A DNA stretch of 32,000 nucleotides, from NCBI RefSeq assembly GCF_000400465.1, contig NW_008806279.1, positions 146,107 to 178,106 on the forward strand, read 5' to 3'. Position 1 is the stretch's first letter, and the number at the start of each line of letters is the position of its first letter. Source of the stretch: Wallemia ichthyophaga EXF-994. Its lineage: Eukaryota; Fungi; Basidiomycota. A program made the position numbers and the translations under genes. Below, piece after piece: positions 1 through 8,551 of this stretch. The notes under the pieces are model-generated. The model was not told where the DNA came from. It searched no databases and was given only the letters and a program-made list of their open reading frames with translations.

Positions 1-430
1 TTGAAGAATAAGATTCTCAGGAATGGTGATCATTTGTTCATCGCTCACATATTGGAAATGCCAGCAGATGATCAACAAACACACGAATCTAATCTTATTC
101 AATTAAAGCAAATTCGTGACCACGTCTTAGATAATCTACGGGCTATTTCAAATGATATCCTCCACTCTAACCTCCATGTTTGTCTATTTTGAAACATTTT
201 TGAACAATTTTCACTCACAAACGACACAGATCACTACCACTCTTCTAGTTATTAACCACGCTGATGCTAAAATAGCTATTTGTAGAATAGCTGATCATCA
301 CGCCGTTGATTTGATTGTCGTAGGTAGAAGAAGACGCGATGAAGGTGGTGGAGGTATACCAGGTGCATGTTCAACTTATATACTTAAACAATCACGCAAT
401 CCAGTTTTAATTGTTAACAAGTCTACTTGA
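1..430 (+). CDS. Universal stress protein (USP/UspA) domain protein, 5'-truncated; intron 178-229
   Basis: The GT(178)-AG(229) 52-nt intron joins the two ORF-track pieces in frame. The product has USP-like motifs: GDHLFIAHI, AICRIADHHAVDLIVVGRR, GACSTYILKQSRNPVLIV. Confidence 0.75.
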
Positions 431-453
431 TTTGATATAAATTACATAGTGTT

Positions 454-1557
454 TCAGTTGACACGGTTAAATGCTTTTTGCAGTTTCATTGCGAGGTTGA
501 GCATTTGAAGCTCATCATCTGCTCCATCGGTTAGCGCTTTGTCTGCTTCTGCGATGGCTAACACTGATTTAGCTTTTGAGGAGTCAGCTATACTAGAACT
601 GTCTATAACTTTGTCATGGAGCTGTGCAAGTATCTGAGCTGAAGCATAACCATTCAAATGGATTTGCTTGAGTGTGCTCTGTACCTCCTTAAAATTCTTT
701 TTGTTCGAACAAACAGACACTATGTTATCAATTATGTGTTGAGGTATAGTACCGGCAATTTCAGTAATCGTATCTGGAATTATTTTTGTCGATGTTGCTT
801 GATGTAAGCGTGTAGCTGATTGAAGGTATGTGATAGCCTGTCTGAGGTCGCCATGGGTTGTGCTTATGAGTGCATCAATTACACCATCCTCATAATCAAT
901 ATGCTCCTCTTTAGCGATAAATTCGAGTCTAGCTTTGGTATCAGTATCGTCAAGTGGCTTAAAGCGGAATTTTGAACAACGAGAAGCGACAGGTTCGATG
1001 ATTCTAAAGGGATTTAAGCCTAGAAAGCATTAAAATGCTTTTTTCCCACCTAGTAACGTAATTACAGACTAAGCAGAATCTAGTCGACTTGGAATAAGTT
1101 TCCATTGTACGCCTCAAAGCAGATTGAGCATCTTGAGTCATAGAATCAGCTTCATCGAGTATAATAATCTTGTAAGAAGGAGTATTGGATGAAGAAGAAG
1201 CCTTTGGTGCTTGTTTTGCAAAGTTTTTAATTTTATCGCGAACAACGCTAATACCACGCTCATCAGACGCGTTTAACTCGAGTACGCGACTATTTACGAG
1301 ATCCTGGCTTCAATTGGGGGTGAGTGGGTGTATAAAATTAAAACAACCAATCCCCACCCAAATAATTGCCTGGATAAAGCGAGAATAGTGGATGTTTTAC
1401 CAGTACCAGGTGGACCATAGAATAACATATGTGGTAAATTAGCGTTGTTGAGTTGTTTGTTAAGAACTCGTATTGTATGATCCTGTGCAGCTACGTCATT
1501 GATAGTGCGTGGTCTATATTTCTCTATCCAAGGTTTCAATGATTCGTTGGCTGGCAT
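454..1557 (-). CDS. RFC2: Replication factor C small subunit (yeast RFC2 / human RFC4 type); introns 1308-1357 and 1004-1049
   Basis: PWIEKYRP, Walker A GPPGTGKT, spliced [12 protein letters not shown], Walker [12 protein letters not shown] motif ([10 protein letters not shown]), GDLRQAI. Both introns are GT-AG and restore the frame. Confidence 0.93.
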
Positions 1558-1585
1558 GGCTGTTGGGAGTAACGATCAACGGTAA

Positions 1586-1602
1586 TATAAAATTATTTTA
1601 TA
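1586..1602. promoter_or_regulatory. Palindromic double TATA element (TATAAAA-TTA-TTTTATA) between divergent RFC2 and GLR1
   Basis: TATAAAA at 1586-1592 on + and its reverse complement at 1596-1602 are directly visible. A promoter function is inferred. Confidence 0.4.
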
Positions 1603-1604
1603 AA

Positions 1605-3151
1605 ATGTCTTTCACACGTGTGGCTGTAGGTTTTAATATCTTAAATCCCTCTTCACCTCTAACTCCCATCAGAGAAGATTCCACTCATCGTCGATCCCTC
1701 AAATGCCACCGATCAACAAACCAAGTCCTGGAATTTATGATATCGTCGTTATCGGCGGTGGCTCTGGTGGCTTGGGCGCTGCCAGACGCTCAGCTCAATA
1801 TGGCGCTAAGGCTGCAATCATCGAAGCTCAACCAAAACTTGGTGGCACATGCGTCAACGTTGGCTGCGTTCCAAAGAAGATTATGTGGCACGCTGCAGAT
1901 CTAGCACACCATGTGAACCACTCCCGCTACTACGAACTGGCTCAGGACGTTTCTGAATCATACACTCCCCACAAACCCAGATTCGCTTGGTCTGATTTTA
2001 AGCAAAAACGCGACGCTTATATTCATCGCTTAAACGGCATTTATGATAGAAATGTTGAAAAGGACGGCGTGGAGTATCATCATGGTTGGGGTGCTATCAA
2101 CAACCACCAAGGCACATCAGTTTCTGTTAAAAAGGACGACGGCAGCTCTTACGAAATTCCAACAAAGAATGTCGTCATTGCTGTTGGTGGTCACCCTCGC
2201 ATCCCTTACGAAATTCCAGGTGCACACCTCGGTATCACCTCAGATGGCTTCTTCGAATTAGAACATCAGCCACGCAGAGTCGCTGTTGTCGGTGCTGGCT
2301 ACATTGCCGTTGAATTGGCCGGCGTGCTTAACTCCCTCGGCTCTGAAACCTCCCTTCTCATAAGACAAGATAAGGTGTTGAGGAATTTCGACTCTATTAT
2401 CCAGGATACTGTGACGAGTGAGTCTCAGCGCCAAGGAATCAACTTAGTCAAGCACACAAATGTTAAGAGCATAGAGAAGACAAGTAGTGGTTTGTTGGTC
2501 CACACGGACAGCTCCACAAACCCACTAGAAGTTGACTGTCTGCTCTGGGCAGTTGGCAGAGAACCTGAAACTGACAAAGCTGGAGCTAAAGTTGCAGGCG
2601 CACAGACTGATTCAAAGAACAACATTCTCGTTAACAAGTACCAGTCTGTCCAATTAGATGAGAACACTTACTCGAAGAACGTTTTCGCTTTGGGTGATGT
2701 ACAAGGAAAAGCTGAATTGACACCAGTCGCTTTGGCCGCTGGTAGAAGACTCGGTAATAGACTATATGGACCTGCTGAGCTCAAGGATGATCACCTCAAC
2801 TATGAAAACATCCCATCTGTCATCTTCTCACATCCTCCAGCTGGATCGGTCGGTTTGAGTGAGGATGATGCCAGAAAGCAGTTTGGTGATAGTGTGAAGG
2901 TGTACACGTCCAAGTTCACTTCCATGTACTACTCAATGTTCCCTCAAGAGGAGAAGGAGCCAAGTGCTTTCAAGTTGATTGTCGTCGGCAAGGAAGAAAA
3001 GGTTGTTGGTTTGCACCTTGTAGGACAAGGCAGTGATGAAATGTTGCAAGGATTTGCAGTAGCTATCAAGATGGGTGCAACAAAGAAGGATTTCGATAAT
3101 ACTGTAGCTATTCATCCAACAGCTGCAGAGGAAGTTGTGACGATGACTTGA
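1605..3151 (+). CDS. GLR1: Glutathione reductase; main (cytosolic-type) start ATG 1703, plus a putative mitochondrial-presequence exon 1605-1625 and intron 1626-1672
   Basis: GGGSGG FAD motif, [11 protein letters not shown] redox disulfide, GAGYIA NADPH motif and C-terminal HPTAAEE. The upstream exon splices in frame to give [18 protein letters not shown]. Confidence 0.97.
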
Positions 3152-3387
3152 TGCATTATTAGTTGGTTACTTGTTTACTTGATGACTTAAACCTGATGAA
3201 AATTTGACCCAATTAAAGAGCAGTAATGTATATATGAATATAAAACACATAGAGAGTAAATTCGAGTAGAATATCCACCTAACACCACATGACATAAAAA
3301 TCTGCAGCCAATATCTTTTATGATGCAATCAAGACGACCTCTCCGGTTGTGAGAGACGACGACAAGCAAAATTGAGCAAAAATTGCA

Positions 3388-5060
3388 ATGAATGGATTGT
3401 CGGAAGAAATCTCAACGGAGCTTCCAGCATATGATGAAGGATTGGCGTTTTCAATAATGAATGCTTTATCAGAAGGGGCTGGCAAAGAAGATAAAGAAGA
3501 AGACGGTCGATCAGATTGCAGCTCAGAATACTGTGACGATGAAATGCACAAAGTCGATGTCGTATGCGATGACGATGATTGTATAGAGCCAGTTTGTGAA
3601 TCTGAAGAGCAGTTTCAGTCTTTTGTGAGTTCTATGTTTTGTCTTGGAGTATATCGCTGAATGAAAACAGCTGGAAAACTGCTGCAATGACTTTGATTTT
3701 CACAATAATGGTCATGTTAGTTGTTCTATTCCAAATTCAACAAGCACTATACCACCACTCATAAAATGCGAATGGGCAGGCTGTAATGCTCACTACGATA
3801 GCATGAATGACCTAATTGAGCATGTGCACAATTCACACCTCAATTTCGTAAATTTGGACTGTAAATGGGGTGGAACAGACTGCAATGTTTGTCCACCGTC
3901 TACGTCAACTAACACGCAGCCAGACGCGCATTCAATTCTCCGACACGTCCTGCAGGACCATTTGCAGGTGGCTGACGATCCACTGGCGTTGTCAGGAGCT
4001 GGGCAGGGTGCACAAGGCACCCAAGGCACACAACAAACCCAAAACAACTTGCATACCCTGCAAAATTCCGATAACCTTTCTATCGCAATTGCACATCACG
4101 ACTATCCTGATCTAAATCCATATGCTCACCATCTTCACGCGACAGCCTTCCCGCATCTTCACCCGCCGTCGATATGTCCCGCAGCTACGCACGCGAGTAT
4201 GAACACGAATATGAACACGAATATGAAGACAGAAACAGAAAAGGCACGCCCAATACACCCGCCTCACCCACCCAAACCACACCACCATCACCACTACCAC
4301 ACACCGCACTACCATCACCATCCATACCCACGTCCAAACACATGCACTATCGCTGGCCCACCGTACAGGTGCGACTGGCTCAATTGCAAGCAGCACGACG
4401 TCGAGTTTGGGTCGACGGAGGAACTCATGACCCACCTCTCTACCGAGCATGTTGGGTCTGGCAAGGCGGAGTATTCCTGTATGTGGAGAGGCTGCGAAAA
4501 GAGTGGGAGTGGGAGCGGGAGTAGTAGTAGCAGTACACGCGGACGAGTCTTTTCCAGCAGACAGAAAATAATGCGTCATCTCCAATCCCACACTGGTCAT
4601 CGACCGTTCGAGTGTCCAGTCTGCCACCGCTTCTTTAGCGAGGCTGCGACGCTGCAGCAGCACATGCGAAAGCATACGAGGTGAGTGTGTATTTGCGTCT
4701 TGTGTTGACAAAGAAAATGACAATAACTGATAATACACGCCTAGAGAAAAACCCTACGTGTGCGATTACCAAGGTTGTGGAAAAGCATTCGCTATTGCAG
4801 GCGCACTGACCATTCATAAACGCACTCATACCAACGAACGGCCGTTCAAATGCACTTTTTGCGATAAAGCCTTCTCTGAATCTTCTAATCTTAAGAAACA
4901 TCTTCGCACACATACTGGTGATAGACCTTTTGAATGCCCTCACCCGAGCTGCGATAAACGTTTCGCTAGGCCTGATCAAGTTACTAGACATCAGAATGTG
5001 CATTACAAACAATATAAGCATGATAATAACAATGTCAATAACAATAACAATAGCATTTGA
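3388..5060 (+). CDS. ZAP1: Zinc-responsive C2H2 transcription factor, Zap1/ZafA-like; introns 3625-3670 and 4681-4744
   Basis: GTGAGT...CAG and GTGAGT...TAG introns join ORFs 3388, 3803 and 4758 in frame. There are about 8 fingers, including CxW pairs (CEWAGC/CKWGG, CDWLNC/CMWRGC). The C-terminal fingers carry RQKIMRHL, ATLQQHMR, FAIAGALTIH and ESSNLKKH, paralleling the Zap1 DNA-binding fingers. The N-terminal region is acidic and Cys/His-rich. Confidence 0.8.
4198..4226 (+). repeat. 12-nt coding tandem repeat (ATGAACACGAAT) encoding MNTN-MNTN-MKT
   Basis: Seen directly: tatgaacacgaatatgaacacgaatatgaag. Confidence 0.8.
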
Positions 5061-5171
5061 GTTTATTTACTTCTATTCGTGTCGCATTCCCAGTACCCAT
5101 TTCTTTGTCTATCGCAATACATACACATGCACACTTTTACTAGAAAAGTCTAAATAAATTATTCTACCACA

Positions 5172-5230
5172 TTACAAGCTGTGTCACAAGCTACGTTACA
5201 AGCTAAGTTACATTCTACGTTACAAGACCC
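5172..5230. repeat. Imperfect 12-bp tandem repeat, about 5 copies (TTACAAGCTACG consensus), between the convergent ZAP1 and M50B 3' ends
   Basis: Units ttacaagctgtg / tcacaagctacg / ttacaagctaag / ttacattctacg / ttacaagaccc. Confidence 0.75.
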
Positions 5231-5232
5231 AT

Positions 5233-6590
5233 CTAGGTCGCTAAAATGATATCCGCGCGAGCTCTGTTGGGTTGCATTAGGAGTGTGATTACAGGTGACA
5301 CACTCTCACCTCTGATCTTGATATTTAAAGGCTACGATGCCGACTATAACACCACAAGCGAAGAATCCTACACTCTGCAGAAGCCAGAGTACACCCCAAC
5401 CTCTGGAAGGTATACAGTGAAAGGCATAGGACATCTGAACGGCATCCGAGCTGGGCACCTTTCTTATCAGGGTATCGTCTATGATATCCCAAATGGAATA
5501 CTTGAGAGGGACTTGTTAGACAGCTATGGAGTCGTGCTATGTACTCACTAGACAGCTCATCACACCAACAAACAAGATGAAGTAGCGCTGTACACTTTGT
5601 TAGTACCTCTCAGTCGTTTTCACTTCAACGCGTGCTCACGAGATATATTGCGTGCCTGGTTAGTTGATCCGTTAGCAAGTCAAATGATGAGCATATCAAC
5701 CAACTCAATGAACCAAAAGGCGATAAGGAGTGCCGCAAAGACAATAAGTAGGACATAGCCTGCGTGGTGTGAGGTTGAAGAAAAAAGTCAAGTCAAAGAT
5801 AAGGACTCACACAACCAGTCCTATGACGTCATTAAACATGTTCCAACGAGTAGAGTCAGTGAAGGCACTCACTCTGCGAGCCCAATAAATACAGACTAAG
5901 AAACACGCCGCTATAACAAAACAGGCGATCTTTGAAGCAAACGAGTCAAACCCGACGGCAATTAAAATGGCGCCGACTGTTGAGAATTAGGGGTGGTGCA
6001 TTATAGGAAGACTAAGGCTGCACGTACTCAAGCTACTACCCAGATAGCCAGCCGGGAGTGAAATGAATGACCAACCGCCTCTCATACGTGTTTCACCGCC
6101 TTCTGTAGGAATGTGAGTAATTATCCCACCCAAACAAGCTGATACTTTCCATGGGGATCCAGCTTTATACTCTCAATCTTAGCTCCCGTAAGTTTACCAG
6201 CAATGGCGTGGCTGAACTCGTGGAATCCGACGGTGAGCAGTTTGAATGGGTAAATAATCCATCTCTGGGGGATGTTAGAGGGTTTATAGAAATACCAACG
6301 CGTCATTTCAAACTAGATGCTGCTATCGACGTGTTGGCTTCAGATTACCAAGCCACTAACAAGAAAAGGGACGTGCCAGAGAATGGCTATGGCGACGACG
6401 TAGATACATGCTACGATAAGCGTCTCTTTTCTGGGTAAATCACTGGTCAGACACGTGATGAGAATGCAAGACGTCCTCACTGAGTGCTGTTCACGCTCAA
6501 GCTGTTGTCCTAGTATGCCTTTGTAAGCCTGCGTATGCAGCTCGACTAATATCGCACTCTTCTATGTAAATGATTTTCAGGCAAAAACAT
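5233..6590 (-). CDS. Peptidase M50B-like polytopic membrane protein; 12 exons / 11 introns (6510-6557, 6431-6480, 6265-6360, 6103-6149 [GA-AG], 5977-6027, 5821-5872, 5760-5810, 5656-5704, 5588-5639, 5501-5548, 5264-5309)
   Basis: Hand-spliced product: ...IYVVAIAILWHVPFLRWIIYPFKLLTVGFHEFSHAIAG...LDPHEGGETRMRGG...LPAGYLGSSLIG...RYFILFVGVMSCLYSIWDIIDD...SSDA...WGVLW. It has an HExxH zinc motif and multiple hydrophobic segments typical of fungal M50B-like proteins. The first exon (ATG 6590) is the least certain. Confidence 0.8.
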
Positions 6591-6671
6591 GGGATCGTCA
6601 ATCAACGGCTGATTTGGGATTTGGATTACGTGCACAGCATTACAAAAATAGCCAAATAAAGATAAATATTA

Positions 6672-8126
6672 CTACGAATTTACAAACGTCATCAAGGATC
6701 TACTAGGCTTGTACTGGCACTCGCGCAACTCCTCCAGAGCAACTTTGTAGCGTGAGTCACCGAGACTCTTGCAGCGACGAATAAGCGTCTCATAAACAGA
6801 CTGTGGTGGAATGTATCCCGCTGATTTCATCTCCTCGAGATAGTAGAAGGCGTCTTCGTATGTACTCTGCGTCAAACACAAGACAATCAGCCTCTCGAAT
6901 GTCCTCTTATCGGGTTGAATACCTTGTTTTTTCATCAATGTGAGCAGCTTGTCACCGAGACTTCTATTGGATGTGTCTATGCAGCCTGATAGCAGTATGT
7001 TGTAAGTTTCAGTTGATGGTTTGAGATTGAATGTGTCAACTTCCTGGAACGTGGACAGCGCACGATGTATATCACCCAATTTGATAGATGCTGATATTAT
7101 CACGTTGAGTGCAGATATGTCAATCGCTTCACCCTCCTTCTGAAGGTCTTGGAGCATGTAGTATGCATCGTCGACGCTATCTACAGATTTTGAAATGACA
7201 TCGAGGATAGGTTGAGCGGTTTCTAGCTGCGGAGCGATTTTGTTCTGTCTCATAACACCTAGCAAGATGAAAGGTTCTTTGATGTTGTCAGCTTTTGCAT
7301 GGGCTTCTATTACGGGTGCTAAATGGTGCTCTTGGAGGGGAATGAATTGGTTCCTGAGAGATGCAATTACTAAGGTGGATAGTTGAGGGTTTGAAGTTCT
7401 AGCGCAGGCGTTTAACACAAGGATACAAGTGCCTTCGTCGACGGCAGTACCATTCTCAGCAACAACAATTGACCAAGCGTGTTCAATTGCAGGCATGTAG
7501 TGGTGGTGAGCAGCGGATCTCAAAATGGTGAGCCAAGTATCCACAGTTAAAGATCTTGGTGAGGAAGATTCGAATTCGATCGCGATTTCGAAGGCTAGCC
7601 TTGGGGAGGCTAATTGGGAAGCTAGAGAGACGACGTTTGTAATGGATTGGATAGAAGGCTGAGAGGTATTGGAAAAAGAGTGTAAGAGCTTTAAACAGCC
7701 TTCTAAAGAGCGTCTGCGGGTGTTATAAGCGATGAGCTCGTCTAGGATGGCTGTAGAGGAAGTGTGACCAGATTGTTCCATTTTACCGAGTAAACTGAAG
7801 ATAGTTGAGGTATTTTGTTGCGTTCTTATGGCTGTCTGAGGATATCAATGTTAGAGAGAAGCTAAGGGGGATTACAAGGAACCAACTCTAATCAATTGAT
7901 TGTAGTGATCGATATTTGGAGTACTGATCTCACTAAACAAAGCACTCGATTCGCTAAACAGCCTATCGTTGTAACAAAGTTTTAGAAGAATAGAATAAGT
8001 CTCGTCGTTGGGTTCCAGCTGAGTTTGTGAAATGAAGTTTAGAGCGTTACAGAATCCATTTTTAGATTTCAGAAACCTTGAGATCCTAGTGTTTGCTTGA
8101 ATAATTGAAGGTAATCTATTAGACAT
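6672..8126 (-). CDS. Pentatricopeptide-repeat (PPR) protein, probably mitochondrial; intron 7836-7886
   Basis: Successive ~35-aa helical repeats (TYSILLKLC, SALNVIISASIKLGD, TYNILLSGC...PD, TFERLIVLC, VYETLIRRC). The N-terminus is basic and has no acidic residues (MSNRLPSIIQANTRISRFLKSK). The GT-AG intron joins ORFs 7872-8126 and 6672-7781 in frame. Confidence 0.85.
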
Positions 8127-8157
8127 TGGTGGTAGTACAACAGACTAGAGGAAACAC

Positions 8158-8500
8158 TTATAATTTGTTATTATCAATCAATTCTTTCAAGTTTGGCTTG
8201 GAATTTATAGATTTCTTAGTAAAATGTAAGCAAATGATAAATTCAATAGCACTACCTACTTCCAAGCACTGAGAGTATAATTTGAACAAGCCACCACAGT
8301 CCTTATCATATGTCTGCATACTGGTGTTTATATTCTGCTTTGAATATTCCTCGAGGTACTTGTCAAACCATTTATTGAAGCAGCTCTATACCCGTATGTT
8401 AGTCGTGGCTGTATATCACCCAATGCACATCACCAACATCATATTTATTCTTGAGCTCATTACACTCCCCATCCAAGCTCGATATCGATCCAATTTCCAT
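8158..8500 (-). CDS. MDM35: Mitochondrial intermembrane-space twin-CX9C protein Mdm35/TRIAP1, 81 aa; exons 8438-8500, 8260-8385, 8158-8214
   Basis: Spliced product [81 protein letters not shown]. It has two CX9C motifs and the Mdm35 signature KYDSCFNxWF. Both introns are GT-AG (52 and 45 nt), and the first has an ACTAAC branch site. Confidence 0.88.
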
Positions 8501-8551
8501 TCTCAACGTTTGTGTCCATCTCGTTCTAACTTCCCTCACTCCCAGACCACC

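Noticed and set aside
1023-1043. AAAGCATT-AA-AATGCTTT hairpin inside RFC2 intron 2
   Set aside because: It is an 8-bp AT-rich stem in a 46-nt intron, plausible by chance, with no snoRNA box pair.
3149-3200. Stop-codon readthrough to a cryptic peroxisomal signal (GLR1 and other genes checked)
   Set aside because: The GLR1, RFC2 and CHO2 TGA stops lack the TGA-CTA context, and I saw no in-frame SKL-type tripeptide downstream.
3337-3347. ACCTCTCCGGT upstream of ZAP1 as an autoregulatory zinc-responsive element
   Set aside because: Only the ACC-N5-GGT ends match; the AAGGT/CARGGT core of yeast ZREs and ZafA sites is absent.
4112-4738. Long antisense or alternate-frame ORFs (4112-4738, 4174-4524, 10283-10795, 25347-25988, 26003-26440, 13942-14334, 19948-20400)
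   Set aside because: They are shadows of well-supported coding exons and have no independent motifs.
5246-5551. 101-aa + strand ORF
   Set aside because: It is antisense to the last exons of the M50B gene and has no recognisable motif.
6265-6360. 96-nt intron, twice the modal length, with an internal TAG at the 48-nt midpoint (possible stwintron, recursive splice or hidden exon)
   Set aside because: No internal acceptor/donor pair gives an in-frame stop-free exon, and removing the first half does not regenerate a GT donor. A single intron gives the family-typical FLRWIIYPFK.
8282-8551. 90-codon N-terminal extension of the APL4 ORF in the ORF track
   Set aside because: It starts at TTG, does not resemble adaptin, and is the antisense of MDM35. 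ATG 8552 (ACCATG) matches the gamma-adaptin start.
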